Counted from the stretch's first letter, positions 40,855-55,252 are shown. The stretch is DNA of 64,000 nt from Eledone cirrhosa (GCA_964016885.1 OZ024741.1:49414001-49478000); one strand, 5' to 3'. The notes: generated from the sequence alone by a model not told the origin. A program made the numbers and translations.

Positions 40855-42100
40855 GGTAAAGGGTATAGACTCATTTCGGTCACAAGGACCATTAGATTTG
40901 CAACTAGAAAGTTCCCCTCCGAGGCACAAGTCTGGTGCAAGGCTGTTAGCGGAAGACCTGCAGTCACCCATCCATAGCAATCTCTCCCCGCTCCAAGTGA
41001 CCGATGTTGTACAAGAGTAAGGCAAAGGCCAATACAGCTCGGCACCAGTGACGTCACCAATACAGCTCGGCACCAGTGACGTCACCAATACAGCTCGGCA
41101 CCAGTGACGTCACCAATACAGCTCGGTACCAGTGACATCACCAATACAGCTCGGCACCAGTGACGTCACCAATACAGCTCGGCACCAGTGACGTCACCAA
41201 TACAGCTCGGTACCAGTGACGTCACCAATACAGCTTGGCACAAGTGACGTCACCAATACAGCTCGGCACCAGTGACGTCACCAATACAGCTTGGTACCAG
41301 TGACGTCACCAATACAGCTTGGCACCAGTGACGTCGCCAATACAGCTCGGCACCAGTGACGTCACCAATAAAGCTTGGTACCAGTGACGTCACCAATACA
41401 GCTCGGCACCAGTGACGTCACCAATGCAGCTTGGCACCAGTGGCGTCACCAATACAGCTTGGCACCAGTGACGTCACCAATACAGCTCGGTACCAGTGAC
41501 ATCACCAATACAGCTCGGCACCAGTGACGTCACCAATACAGCTTGGTACCAGTGACGTCACCAATACAGCTTGGCACCAGTGACGTCGCCAATACAGCTC
41601 GGCACCAGTGACGTCACCAATAAAGCTTGGTACCAGTGACGTCACCAATACAGCTCGGTACCAGTGACATCACCAATACAGCTTGGCACCAGTGACGTCA
41701 CCAATACAGCTCGGTACCAGTGACATCACCAATACAGCTCGGCACCAGTGACGTCACCAATACAGCTTGGTACCAGTGACGTCACCAATACAGCTTGGCA
41801 CCAGTGACGTCGCCAATACAGCTCGGCACCAGTGACGTCACCAATAAAGCTTGGTACCAGTGACGTCACCAATACAGCTCGGCACCAGTGACGTCACCAA
41901 TGCAGCTTGGCACCAGTGGCGTCACCAATACAGCTTGGCACCAGTGACGTCACCAATACAGCTTGGCACAAGTGATGTCACCAATAAAACTCGGCACCAG
42001 TGACGTGACCAATTCATTTTTACAGCTGAGTGAACTGGAGAAACATGAAGTAAAGTGACTTACTCAAGAACACAACGCATCGAACTCACAACCTCACGAT
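40855..42100 (-). mobile_element. CORE-type SINE with internal tandem expansion
   Basis: Flanks of the array match SINE 57922-58250 in reverse. Confidence 0.8.
41028..42013. repeat. 28-bp minisatellite CCAATACAGCT(C/T)GG(C/T)ACCAGTGACGTCA, ~35 copies
   Basis: Head-to-tail units without spacers. Confidence 0.97.
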
Positions 42101-42109
42101 ATGTTCACT

Positions 42110-42283
42110 AATAATTTCTACTTTAGGCACAAGGCCAGCAATTATCCCAGTGCATTACTGGTGCTTTATTTTATCGACCTCGTAAGGATGAAAGGCAAAG
42201 TGAACCTCGGCGGGATTTGAACTCAGACCGTAAAGGGGCGTAACTCTATGCTGCAAAGCATGGTGTCCGACCCTCTACCGATA
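42110..42283 (-). mobile_element. MetaSINE-like SINE
   Basis: Core, B box, tail. Confidence 0.85.
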
Positions 42284-43049
42284 CATACAATAATGTTAAA
42301 TTGGTATAACAGTGCATAAGAAGCCATCCAGTGCACGGAAATAAAACAAATCGATGTAGGGATATCCCTCATTGAAATATCCATAGTAAGAAAATACACA
42401 GGCTCTTATGCGCAGAAACAGTTATAGCAGATTTTGATAAATTGGCGTTTGAAAACCACATTTTATCTAATATATATTTGTGAAATAGGTGGTGGTTGAA
42501 ATTCAGATGTGCACGGTTAAATGGTAGTAGACGTGGTCGGACTGACATGAAAATTTACACACCTATGTAAAAAGTGCCAAGGAAGCAAATCTAACTTGAA
42601 AAATGTGGTCCCTGGGGCCCCGAAACTATCGCGTTCGGTGAGTTATTTCCCCCTGTTCTAATACTTTTGTCTTATTTACAATTTCATACAAATAAAGCAG
42701 TAAAATCCCGTAGTAAGACCTAAAAAAATGGTTAGATACACCATGACGCACCGTGCATCACGGTGGAGTTGAAAAGCAGACTCAGAACATGGCGTTGTGT
42801 GGGGATGGCTCGCAGCCCAATGTTCCAGGGGGAGTAAAAGAAGAAGAAGAAGAAGAAGAAGAAGAAGAAGAAGAAGAAGAAGAAGAAGAAGAAGAAGAAG
42901 AAGAAGAAGAAGAAGAAGAAGAAGAAGAAGAAGAAGATGTGAGCTGGAGTCCTGTCAAATATGTAGGTTGTGTCTTAAATTGAAGGTTTAGTAGAAACAA
43001 TTCATGTATAGTTTTGTACTTTTCTTTCTGTCATTCATATATAAACAAA

Positions 43050-44146
43050 TCTACTATATAAATTGGAAGTGGTCGGACGTTGTATATGTAGGTGTAGCCG
43101 GATAAATTTCGAAACGGCTTGGTGGAATGCAGCGAAAATTTACACAGTTATGCAGAATGACCCGAGGAGGCGTTGGATCGACTTTCAAGCTACAAGCTCC
43201 CATGGTTACGGAGAAAATCGATGAAACAGGAATTTCCCATTCAAATTGAACTGAGAGTAATCTGTGAATGCAGAAGTAAATATTTCAAGAAACGTTGCAA
43301 CCAAACGAAAACAAAAAGATGATATTTTGGTTCGTGAAGACGTTCCCTGGCAATGAACAGGAAAAAGGCGAGGATAATACGTCGTTATGTGGAGCGTAAA
43401 GAACAATTTCATGCAAAGACAAGACCAAGTTTATGGTATAAATGGAGTCGTTATACTAATATTCTATTTAAAATAACAGAATGATTTCCAGCCCCGGAGT
43501 TTAAGAATGATGTAAATAAAATTGAAATCGAAAATGACAGAGGTTATTAAAATAGTAAAAGTAAATAGTGAAGATTTAGGCCAGTACATACGTATGCCCC
43601 GACGGACATACACATACATACGCACACACAAATACATACCCCCCCCCCCACACACACACACAAACAAACACACACACACGAACGCACGCGCGTATGTATA
43701 AACCTTTTGCATTTCTACAGTATTTTCACCAAACTTAAGACATAGGTTACTTATGTACTCCGGATGGTCATGGGCTCTGTTATTTTTCCAGATATTGATT
43801 ATAGGCCCCCCCCCCCCCGGCAGATAACCCCTTTAACCACTTTAACCACTTCCTTGGAGTCGACTGAAGCACTGCAGTGCAATGCAACAAAACGTCATAA
43901 CTTCTGGAGTTCGCAACCGATTTTCACAAAACTTGACACATGGGCTACGTTTGTCCTACAGATGAATGTGAACTCTCAGAATAATTGGCACATATTGGGT
44001 AGGGGACTCTGGGGGCAGGAACCCCCTTTTGGAAAAAGCCGATGATTTTGTAAAAGTATAGTTTTCGAAGCAGCACTGAAGTATTGACATAAATGGTATA
44101 TACAACTGCTATTTAATATCCGAGCAACGCCGGGTACCTCTGCTAG
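43050..44146 (+). mobile_element. Probable non-autonomous Helitron
   Basis: A|TCTACTATATAAA start; CCGAGCAACGCCGGG hairpin then CTAG|T end; no TSD. Confidence 0.6.
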
Positions 44147-44515
44147 TATATATATATAGGGGTGAAGGCGTGTAGCTGATTGGTTAGAGAACTGGATTCG
44201 CAATCGTGAGGTTGTCGGTTCGATTCCTGGAGTCCTTGAGCAAGACACTTTATTTCACGTTGCTCCTTCTACCTGGAGTTGCGACCGATAGATAGTATTA
44301 GCAATTGGAAAGACCAACAGAAACATTGTTTCCTCGGTCCGATTTGACGAAAGTCGATCGAAAAGGAATATATATATATATATATATAATTGATGTTGGA
44401 TGCTTAAAGCGTCCGTATGCGGTAGGCCGTTTGAGCACTCGATGCTCTCATAGAGCAGAGTATGATATCACAGAAAAAAAGAGAATCAGTGTTGTGACGA
44501 ATGGAATTTATTTAA

Positions 44516-46881
44516 CTAGCGACTACAGGATCTCCTACTTCCTCTCAATGGTTATACGCTCCATAATCAAGATGTCCCCAGATGTATGTGACAGTACAGA
44601 GGACCACCTCAGCAGAATCAGTGAGTGCAACAAAAACAGGAACCTATACAACTGCATAATAGGCAGTATGGATGTGGTATCACTGTACCCATCCATTAAC
44701 ATTGATTTTGCTGTGGAAAAATGTGTGGAGATGATCATTGAGAGTGAGGTGGAGTTCTACGACGTCGACACAGACGAACTGGGCCTCCTACTTAGACTTA
44801 CCTACGACACTGACTACCTAGACAGCCATGACCTTAGACGTTTCTGCCCCAGTAGAACCATAAGAGGTAGACCGCCCACTATAACCTCAATGGCAAAAAA
44901 GACTCCCATGGGAAGGTGGATTGGGTGGACCAAAGCTATACGGACCCCCCAAAACAATGATCAGGTAAGAAAAATAGTCGCACAATGCAATAGGGACTAG
45001 TATCAAAACTACCCTAAAGGGCCACATATTCAAGTTCAACGAGAAGATCTACACCCAAAATGAGGGAGCAGCCATTGGCGTCAGCATAGCTGGTGACGTT
45101 GCTAACCTTATTACGGTATGGTGGGAAAGGAGACTTAAAAATCTCCTTGATGAGAGCTCCATAGACCTCATCATGTATTCTCGTTACGTAGACGACATCA
45201 ATATAGTAATAACGACATCCCCACAAGAGAGTACTAACAAGTTTGATTTAGAACGTAGCACAATGGAAAGCATCCAGCAGATAGCTAATTCCATACACCA
45301 GAGTATAACTGTAACTATCGACTACCCTTCCAAACACCCTAACAATAGACTACCTGTATTAGACACGGAACTCTGGATTAACACTATAGACGAGAGAGCC
45401 CAAATTCTCCACTCACACTATGCTAAACCCATGGCCTCCAAATACCTGATACTCAAAACTCAGCAGTGTCCAGTAGTGCTAAGTTTAATATTCTGATCGC
45501 AGACTTGGTACGAGTGATGAAGAACGTGTCCCGCATGTGCGACCCAACAGAAATGGAAAGACACATCCAACACTTCATCAACCGCATGCAGTTCTCTGGC
45601 TACAACCAAAGAGACAGAATCAGAGTATACGAAGGAGCCACGGAGAAGTATAAGACCCTCATAGAACTGGACATGAAAGGAATTTGCCCATTATACAGGA
45701 GCAAATCATGGAATAGCTTAGATAGGACTAGACATAAGATAGGGAAAGCCACCTCATGGTACGGCAACCAGAGATACCAGAGTGTCATATTTGTGGACGC
45801 TACCCCTGGAGGGAAATCTGCTAACCAGTGTAGAAAAGCCCTGAGAAAGACCCACTTAAAGATTAAGGTGGTAGAAAAGCCAGGAACCACCATAAAATCC
45901 GTGATCAGCAAAACCTACCCATTTAAGAAAACCCACTGTACTAATAGGATATGTATCATATGTAAAGTAAAACCCCAGATAAACTGTAAAACTAGAAACG
46001 TAGTCTATAGCATAAGATGTACAGAGGGTACTTGCAGAAACATGACAACAACATACATAGGCAAGACAGCTCGTAGAATATGTGAAAGGATAGACCAACA
46101 CTGGGGGGAACTAAAAGGACGAAAAGACGGTTCAGTACTATACGAACATGCTAGACAACCACACAACGGTAACATAGACAACATAGAAGTTAGAATAATA
46201 TCTAAACATAGAAATGACCCAGCAGATAGGCAAATCAGAGAGACCAGCGAAATAGAACTTAGAAGGCCAAGGCTAAACAGAAAAAATGAATGGAATAACA
46301 ACAACACCCAAACAAACAACATTGATCTAAGAGAAGTATAAATAAATAAATAAATAAATAAATACATACACAAGCACAATAACAACAAACACATATAAAC
46401 ACACACTATTAAACTAAGATAGAATACGTTAACCAATACACAGTCACCCAAACAAGAACACACATCAAACAAAACACTATACATACACGCAAACGCATGC
46501 GCAGAGAAGACAAAAAAACAACAACAAATAAATAAATAAATAAACAGACTAAATAAAGATGACGTAGGCATACAATGCAATGAGAGGAAACATAATAACA
46601 CCACTGACGATGTTGCAGATGTGCAATGAAAGAACTTTGATAGACTATATATATGTGTGTTTGTGTCCATATTGTATCTGTATTTTTGACCGTTGGTTAG
46701 TCAATGGTAACATTGAGGACCGAATGAATTAAATTAACCGATATAAAAGACACAGAAGCGAAAACCAACCAAACAGTGAGTGTGTTCTGTTATTAATTCT
46801 GGCAATATTATTACACAAATATGACCCTCCCCAAGTATAACAATATTTGTTTCGACACACGATTTCATATCAAAAACCTCG

Positions 46882-46885
<4 letters not shown>
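44516..46885 (+). mobile_element. 5'-truncated, frameshifted PLE, same family as 3972-8746; pLTR 46342-46885 with HHR 46600-46641
   Basis: ORF pieces 44516-45000, 45173..45496, 45466..46341 nearly identical to the minus-strand copy. Confidence 0.93.
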
Positions 46886-46925
<40 letters not shown>

Positions 46926-47216
46926 AAAGTATGTCCATAGAATCATTTGATAAGATATATACACCATCCCCTCTCCCAATCAGCATAATCAACCACACAA
47001 AAAAAACAATTAAACCAGGCTATAAGATTAAAAGACACCTATGAAGAAACAATAGATAAATAAACGACAGCCATCTATTCGCGATCAACAGCTATAGAAT
47101 ATTTACCCAACATTTCAATAGCACGTGGAAATCGATTAAATATATCGTCAACCATACACAATTAGGCATAAAATCAAAGTTAGAAGAAAAAATGTATATA
47201 AACATACCAAGATTAC

Positions 47217-47298
47217 GTTTCTACCCCATGGGGTTTCAATCGCTTTTGGAAATATCCGATCAAGGATAAATTCACGAGCTTCGAAATCATCAGGAAAC
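47217..47298 (-). ncRNA. HHR motif with long imperfect stem II
   Basis: GTTTC-CTGATGA-...-GAAA-CCCCATGGGG-T-A-GAAAC. Confidence 0.65.
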
Positions 47299-47530
47299 AA
47301 ACTCACTTGGACGAAGATTTTTCTTAAATGATCCCCGCCAGAAACGAATTCAAAATGGCTAAGAACTGTGACGTGGCAGTGGTCAAGTCAGAAAGAATGT
47401 GATTGGTGCCTTACGGCGAGTGGGCTGGTTGCTAGAAAGCGCAGCCTAATATTGCCTAAATATATATATATGTGTGTGTGTGTATGTATATATATATATA
47501 TATAAAATTAAAAAACGGAGTTAAAGATTG

Positions 47531-48022
47531 AAAATCATATAATCTACGAACAGAATGGAAAATGCACAATAATTAAAAGGATAAATTAAAGTGTACAGAC
47601 CATTCTTTTATAACTATATCTCCTGGACACGCTGTAAGCATGTTTCGCCACAAATTAAGTGTAGAATCATACCGCTGGTGGCTTATCAACAAGAGGAACA
47701 AACGATATGATCTACACTTCTAAACATATACATATTAGACGACTGGCAATACCGCATGGTGTAGACAGAAAAACCGTGCGCTATACCGCACATGGTGGTA
47801 TGAATGAACAAAAAGACCGCTAAAACTAGCAGCTGTGAACGATTCAGCTTAAGAAGCTCAACTTAAATGTAGTTGTATGTGGTATGATTCTACACTTAAT
47901 TCGTGGCGAAACATGCTTACAGCGTGTCCAGGAGATTTAGTTATAAACAATGGCTTGTACACTTTAATTTATCTTTTTAATTCTTGTGTATTTTCCATTC
48001 TGTTCGTAGATTATATGATTTT
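47531..48022. mobile_element. Inverted pLTR-like pair (~140-bp arms) with degenerate HHR (47620-47695 -)
   Basis: TTGATAA-GCCAC..GTGGC-GAAA-CATGC ttaca GCGTG-T-C-CAGGAG. Confidence 0.7.
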
Positions 48023-48091
48023 CACTCTGGTGATATTATGTCCCCTATAATTGAACACATATCTCTTTGTGTACTTTACTCAATATACTGT

Positions 48092-48231
<140 letters not shown>

Positions 48232-48344
48232 TGTGTGTGTGTGTGTGTATAATATATGTAGAAGTTATATTTAATTTGTTGGGATACAACAACCAAATCT
48301 TTTTATAACTGATATAAAGCACTCAACAAATTTTTGGAGTAAAA

Positions 48345-48680
48345 ATACAATATATTAACAAATGGAAACTATATTTATAAAACCATATTTATTTCATTAT
48401 ACATATTTCAAGGACACCAAAGCAAATTATGGTGCGCTTTCATCAGATAAAATATAATATAGATCAATTTTATAAACAAATATTGACATACCCTTAAAGG
48501 AGCTTCCAACCGACATGGTCGCATTCTTTAAGGGTATGTCAATATTTGTTTATAAAACTGATCTATATTATATTTTATCTGATGAAAGCGCACCATAATT
48601 TGCTTTGGTGTCCTTGAAATATGTATAATGAAATAAATATGGTTTTATAAATATAGTTTCCATTTGTTAATATATTGTAT
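48345..48680. mobile_element. Fold-back element, ~155-bp arms, intact HHR on each strand (48390-48454 -, 48571-48635 +)
   Basis: TATTTTAT-CTGATGA-AAG.CACCA..TGGTG.CTT-GAAA-tatgta-T-A-ATGAAATA. Confidence 0.85.
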
Positions 48681-48701
48681 ATATAATATATATATATATA
48701 T

Positions 48702-48761
<60 letters not shown>

Positions 48762-49334
48762 TGGTAAAAACTCTCAGGAGAGCTGGACAGCAGATGGTCT
48801 TCGGAGAAGAAATCCTCCTCATGTAAGTGTTTCGCCTTTACCTTATATATATATGTATATATATAAAGAGTCGGGACCCTGGCGGCTGAGTTCTTGCCGT
48901 TTCAACAACTAGTTCAAACCAGCTGTTGAAACGGCGGATTTAGAAACTAGAGGAAACGTCTTTAATCCAAAAATAGTGTATAATTCCTTACATGTTATGG
49001 AGCCGATGGTCAGATCTCTCCAAGTAAGCTATGTTTCCATTAATCTTTTCTTTGCAGATATCTGCCATTCGCAACTCCTGACTAGAGAAGGCGGTGATGT
49101 TTTACTTCCACATACAATGAAAACAAAAACAAAAAAAAACAAATGAACAATTGCAATAAAAATGAATCTGATCTTTCACTGGTTTTGGTTTCAGTCATTT
49201 GACTGGTCTGTGGTCATACAGAATCAACGCCTGAAAAAGTTTTGTTTATCATATCGATGCGAGCACTTATTTCAATCTATTGCTTATTATCGATCTCTAT
49301 TTGCCGAACTACTAGGTTACAGGACAAAAGAAAG

Positions 49335-49422
<88 letters not shown>

Positions 49423-50434
49423 TAACGTGTTTCAAATAATATATACATATGAAGAGTTCCTATCAACGTGTTGGCATATTGCCCAATGGATATAACTGCA
49501 AAGTCGATCATGTCATTGTATATATTCTGACTTGGCAACGACTAGACAGCCGTCTCATTGAGCTGGTTGGACAGTCTGAATTTCGTGTTAGGATCCATTT
49601 TCAATTGGCAGTATCGGTAGAATATCAGATACCCTGCTTCACAGCATAGAGTTACGGCCCTTTATGTTCTGAGTTCAAATCCCGCCGAGATTAGCTTTGC
49701 CTTTCATCCTTTCGGGGTCAATAAAATAGAGTAACAGTCACACTCTGGGGTCGATAGAATAAAGTACCAGTAACGCACTTGGGTCGATTTAATAGACTTT
49801 CACCTCCCCGCAAAATTTCTGGACTTGTGCCTAAGTCAGAAACCATTATTTTAAGAAAGAATTATTTTGTTTTTATCGTTGTTTGTGGCCAATTAATGGT
49901 CTTGCGCTGCAGGAACCATTCCTTCTGTTTCTGCTTTTTGCCTGGAGATTTTGAGTCATTGTTCACTTTCAGTTCGGATTAATTTCATGAGTCGAACCTT
50001 GAGGGGTATTGGCTGTGGAGTGGTTTTTCTCTCCATTTCTTCTTTAGTATATTTTGTAAATCAATTTTCATTATTTAAAAAAGATATTTTTGTTATATTG
50101 TTGTATTTTGAATATTGTTGTATATTATTGTATTTTTGCTATATTTTTGTTATATTGTATTATAGTGTACTTAGTTTTTATTATGTAATTTATCATTTTC
50201 TTGTATTTAGAGAAGGTGATGGATTGGCAGACTAGTTACAACGCCGAATAGAATGATTTGCAATATTTGTTCCATTTCTTTGTGCTATAAGTTGAAATCC
50301 CGCCAAGATAGACTTTGCCTTTTATCCTTTCGAAGTTGATAAATAAAGTACCAGTGCTGGGGATCAATTCTTCCTCTTTCTTACTTTCTCATTCTCTCTC
50401 CCTGTCTCTCTTCCACACTTTCTCTCTCTCCCTC

Positions 50435-50471
<37 letters not shown>

Positions 50472-50476
<5 letters not shown>

Positions 50477-52162
50477 AACTTGGATCAATCTAAGGCGTTC
50501 GATAGGGTCGACCATGGTTACCTGGATGCGGTGCTAGCGGCGGCAGGCTTCGGACCCGTTTTCAGGGGCTGGATCACTGCTATGCACAGCAGCCGCATCT
50601 GCTCTAGGGTCAAGGTGAACGGCTACCTCTCGGAGCCGTTCAAAATCGCGCGGTCCATCCGACAAGGGTGCCCTCTCTCCTCCCTTCTGTATGTATTGAC
50701 TCTCGAGCCACTACTGCGGAAGTTGGAGTTGTTGCAGGGCATCCCTTTGGAACCGGGATTGCGGAAAGCGGTGTCGGCCTACGCCGATGACGTGACAGTA
50801 ATGGTGTCGACGGCCTCCGAAATCGAGGCGGTCGGCACCTTACTGGAGGAGTACGAAAAGTTCACAGGGGCTAAGCTGAACCGGGACAAGTCGATCGGTT
50901 TGCAACTCGGCACGTGGAGGGGCAGACCGATGCCCTCCGATAGCGTCGTCGGACGCTGGACGGAGGGCCCGGTGAAGTTGCTCGGGGTCTGGTTCGGACC
51001 GGACCTCCAGGTGGAGAAAAACTGGGCGGAGGTTACGAACAGAGTGTTTGCACTGACCCAGAAGTGGGCCAGTTGCAAACTATCCCTGAAAGGTCGGGCG
51101 GAGGTGGCGAACACCTACATAGCGTCCGTCATCTACTACCGCCTGACCGTAGTGCCCTGCCCAAGGGAAACCCTCACCAAGATGGAGCGCGCGCTCTTCC
51201 AATTCCTTTGGAAGAGGCGGGCTCCTATGGTGAGGAGATCCATCTGCTGTCAACACCCTTCGAAAGGAGGGCTGGGGATGCCGTGGCTAATGATGCGTAA
51301 ACACGCATTAAGGCTACGGCACCTCTACGTATTCCTCACCGGACAACCGGTGTGGGCCTCGTTTGTGAGACGAACCTTTCCCAGACTCGTCTCACTCACC
51401 GAGCTGCAATCCTGGGTCAAGCAAAGACCGAGAAAACTGGGCGCCTGGCACACTGAGTGTGCCCAGGCGCTCACCGCCCTCTGGCAGGCGGATCCGGTTA
51501 TCAGTGGAGACTCCACCGCAACATTCTATAGAGGGCTGGTACGCAGCAGGTGCGACGACGCCCTCGGAGAAGCCCTAGACATGGAGGAGGACGAACTGGC
51601 CAGCCTTTTCGGTAGGACATTCAGCCCGGGACCTATGGACAACTTCCAGAAGTCCCTGGCCTGGCAGTGCTACCGAGGGGCTTTACCCGTTCGAGAAAGG
51701 CTCTACAGACACGGGCGCCCGGGTAGGGACCCCGCCAAAAAGATCTGTCCCAGATGCGTGTGCGACGAGGAAACCGTTGCACACGCATTAGTACACTGCT
51801 CGGGCGTAGCCGATCTGTGGGGCTATGTCGAACAACTGCTGTCAAGGGTGGGACCGATCCGGTTGACCACCGAGTCTATTGTAATGATCAAGCCGCCTCC
51901 CCCCTTCAAAGATGAAGCAGAGGCGGTGTTTCTGTGCGTAATAGCCATGGCGAAAGAGGTTGTATGGTGGACGCGTCTGAAAGGACTGAGGTCGGGCACC
52001 TTTCTCTCTGGCCAACAACTGGTCCGTTTCTTCCGATATCATTTCGGAAGAAGGATCAGGATGGAGAGAGAGGTGCTGCACCCCAGCCGTTTCTATGAAA
52101 GATGGGTGAAAGTGGCGAGAATGGCCCGTGTGAATGGGCCTTCACTCTACATCAGACTATAG
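50472..52162 (+). CDS. Tx1/L1 ORF2 C-terminal part (RT, zinc knuckle), open frame
   Basis: LDQSKAFDRV, RQGCPLS, AYADDV, KLLGV, KGGLG, CPRC..ETVAHALVHC; the first ~52 aa of the track ORF are flank. Confidence 0.92.
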
Positions 52163-52424
52163 GTGAGGAAGATGAAAGACCAAGGGAGCACCCCTTCTCT
52201 GTGCTCCTGAGGAGAAGGGTTGCACACTTTTTTCGGGGGTGTGTGCGACCCCCCAAGGCGCCTCCTCTCTATTGAGGATTTTGTTAAAAATTTTATTTTT
52301 TGTTATATCTTATTTTATTTTTATATTTTGTTATTGCCTCCTCCTTATTGAGGACGCCTTTTTGTGTAAACTCCCCCCTTTGTACTTGTCCCACTTTTGA
52401 TGCCCTAGTGGCAAATAAAAGAAA
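50472..52424 (+). mobile_element. 5'-truncated Tx1/L1-clade LINE in (TATC)n
   Basis: RT plus CCHC knuckle; AATAAA end; TATC repeats on both sides. Confidence 0.93.
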
Positions 52425-52426
52425 TA

Positions 52427-52459
<33 letters not shown>

Positions 52460-53824
52460 CCTTATCTCTGGAGGAAATCAACAGAATTTAAACCCAGTCC
52501 AATGTTGTGATGGTGCGCCCACAACACCATCAGAAGTTCAGAGCCCATACATAGAACGTGAATGTATATAGAGAAAATAATTTTGTTTTTTCATGTTTCT
52601 TTATCGCATTTATCAGTTTTCATTTACTTTAAATTATTTTTCTATTTCCACTGTTATTATTTTAAAACAATATTCTGTTTGTATCAGACCACGTCCTCCT
52701 TATATGCAGGGTAGGTATATCTATCTATAACTACTTCGGTATGCTGTCAGTGGTTTCTTGGTTTTCTGTCTCACGTTCTGAGTTCAAATCCTGCAAAGGT
52801 TAGCTTTGCCTTTCATCCTTACGGGGTCGATAAGTACCAGTAATGCACTGGGATCGACTTTAATCGACCCCCCCCCCCCCCCCAAAAAAAAATTGTTGAC
52901 ATTATGCCTAAATCAGAAACCATTATTATCATTATTGAAGGTTTGTACAATAAATATGATAATTATTGGACCTTCTACTGCCTATCCGCTTCAACAAGGA
53001 ACTAAGACAGACAATACTTTCCTGAGTATAGGTGCGGTGCACAGCAAGGTAGTCCTTTATAGGAGAACAATTTATGATTCGAAATCTATTTTCTTAAGAT
53101 ACCCTCTCAGTTTTAGTGGTACCGAGCTCAAATCTACGATGACAACTGGAATTATGATGATGTGAGGTGATAGAGACCCTATTTGTACAATTTTGATCTT
53201 CAAGTTAATATATTTTGTTAGTTTTACAATTTTGTTTAAGGTTATGCCACGACCCCTGGAATGGTAATACCAACAATCTGACTTTCACACCTATTTCTCT
53301 TCATAACTACATCTATTGTGCTTAAATCTTCAATCTGGATAGCGAAACCCCAGAGTATCTTGGGTTTAAGTCTGTCATCAATGGACATTTTCTAGGACAT
53401 GCTAGTAACACATACCGGACCCCGGATATTCATATTTTTTGCATATTGACCAGTGAAGGTACATACAGACCTTGTCACATCTTCTTTTATACTAATTTTA
53501 AGCTAGTATTTTGCAAGTTCTCATTGTGGAGGCAACACTGTCTGTATTAATTCCACACAAACGGTAAATTACACGTTTTATTAAGCCTCTGAGATCAGGA
53601 ACTGATCTGAAACCAATTAACACGTTACACCTAGCAACCAATTGCTAGAGAAGCCTTACAAAAAGAAAAACATTATTATTATTTGAAACTTACTTTGAAT
53701 TCTGTTTACTTCCCAAACCATGCCGAGTGTCAACCTGACATCTAAGGTAAAATTTGATAATACTCACATTTTACAATCAATTGTCATACAAATGATGTAA
53801 CAAGGACACAAACCACAGTAAATG

Positions 53825-54155
53825 TCTTTGCAAGGTTTTAAAATTGATAATGCCCTTCTCAGGACATGGACAGTGCCAGTCAGTACTATTTTCTGTATCT
53901 CTTGCAGAGATGGCTTTCCAGGTATCTGGTTCAAATACTTTTCACTTCCCCCTTTTTATCATTCCAAGTGTGCCGACTATCATTGGTATTGTACAGACTT
54001 TAAGATGCCATATTTTCTCAATTTCAATTCTCAGATCTTTATATTTACTGAGCTTTCTGAACACTTTGCAGGAGATGTTACGATGAGATGGAATGCTCAT
54101 GTCAATTAAGAAGCATGTTTTCTTTTTATGGTCCTTCACAATTATATAAAGTCTG
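53825..54155 (-). mobile_element. R4/Dong-clade LINE endonuclease C-terminus
   Basis: CFLIDMSIP..KLSKYKDLRIEIEKIW..PMIVGTLG. Confidence 0.8.
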
Positions 54156-54429
54156 TTGCCTTCATCGTTCTGTCGGTGTTCACATGTAAGTCCTATAGGA
54201 TTGTCAACTTTCTCCTCTCCCAAAATGTGTTGACCTTGTGCCAAAATCAGAAACCATTATTATGAATTTGATATCTCAGTCATCGATGTTATTTAATCGG
54301 AAAGTTTACCTTAATGAACATCAAGCCGCTACCTGCAGCCTCAAATATTCATGACGGAGGGTCCGTGCTGTTCCCATTAGGCATGTCTTTGAAGTGTTTC
54401 AAAAGGGGTGGGGGACTGGGCTAATGTTC

Positions 54430-54802
54430 TTTAACCAAACTTGGAAGCTCTTCGAGGTAGTACTCAGTGCTCCTATGACGATGGGGGACAACCTTGATCT
54501 CATGGCAATCCCAAATCCTTTTCGGTTTCTACTTTAGATCCTGGTACTGGTTAATTTTCTTCTACTTTTCTTGCACACTTGTGTCATAGAGGCAAGCCAC
54601 ACCTATAAACAAGCAAGATATTTTTTCCTTGTCAAAAACCACCAGGTCGTGCCTATTGTGTTCTAATTATTTATCTGTTTGTATCCTGAAATCCCACTTC
54701 AACTTCACCCAATTGTTTTCTATTACCGACTCTGGCTTATGCTCAAACCATTTCTCAGAATGAGATAAATTATTCAGTTTGCATAAATGCCAGTGGATCA
54801 CT
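54430..54802 (-). mobile_element. Second R4/Dong-clade fragment
   Basis: IHWHLCK..WFEHKPESVIEN..WDFRIQTD. Confidence 0.75.
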
Positions 54803-55195
54803 GAAAAGTTAATAAGCGGGAGAGGGGCATTATTCGAGACCCGAGAGTACTTCAATCCGATACTTGCATCCCCTATCGATATACAAATACTCCAAACACC
54901 TTTAATTTTCTTTGTCACTTCCAATCTTAACCTCAAGTAAACCTTCACCGTCTTTGTGCCTATTGTGTCATCCAACTTACTGTTGCCGCATCACAGCTAC
55001 TTACTACACATCTACATAATACACAACATCCCTCCACTCTACCTATCGAGCTCTGTAGCACTTCAAGTTAACTGACTGCTCACAGCTTTCCTTGGAAACT
55101 CTGCTCCGACTTGCACCATTTATACAGGTTGTTGATCACTTCTTTCTATCTGCTTTACAACCGACAGACCATAATGTGGTCCGCACACTTCATAC

Positions 55196-55249
<54 letters not shown>

Positions 55250-55252
<3 letters not shown>

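Noticed and set aside
41028-42013. CRISPR array
   Set aside because: 28-bp units are contiguous with no unique spacers, derive from a SINE, and no cas genes are present in this eukaryotic DNA
42753-43000. Poly-Glu/Arg/Ser ORFs
   Set aside because: (GAA)n tract, probably a LINE tail
49024-49057. Host-gene intron GTAAG..TTGCAG
   Set aside because: Only 34 nt and no recognisable flanking coding sequence
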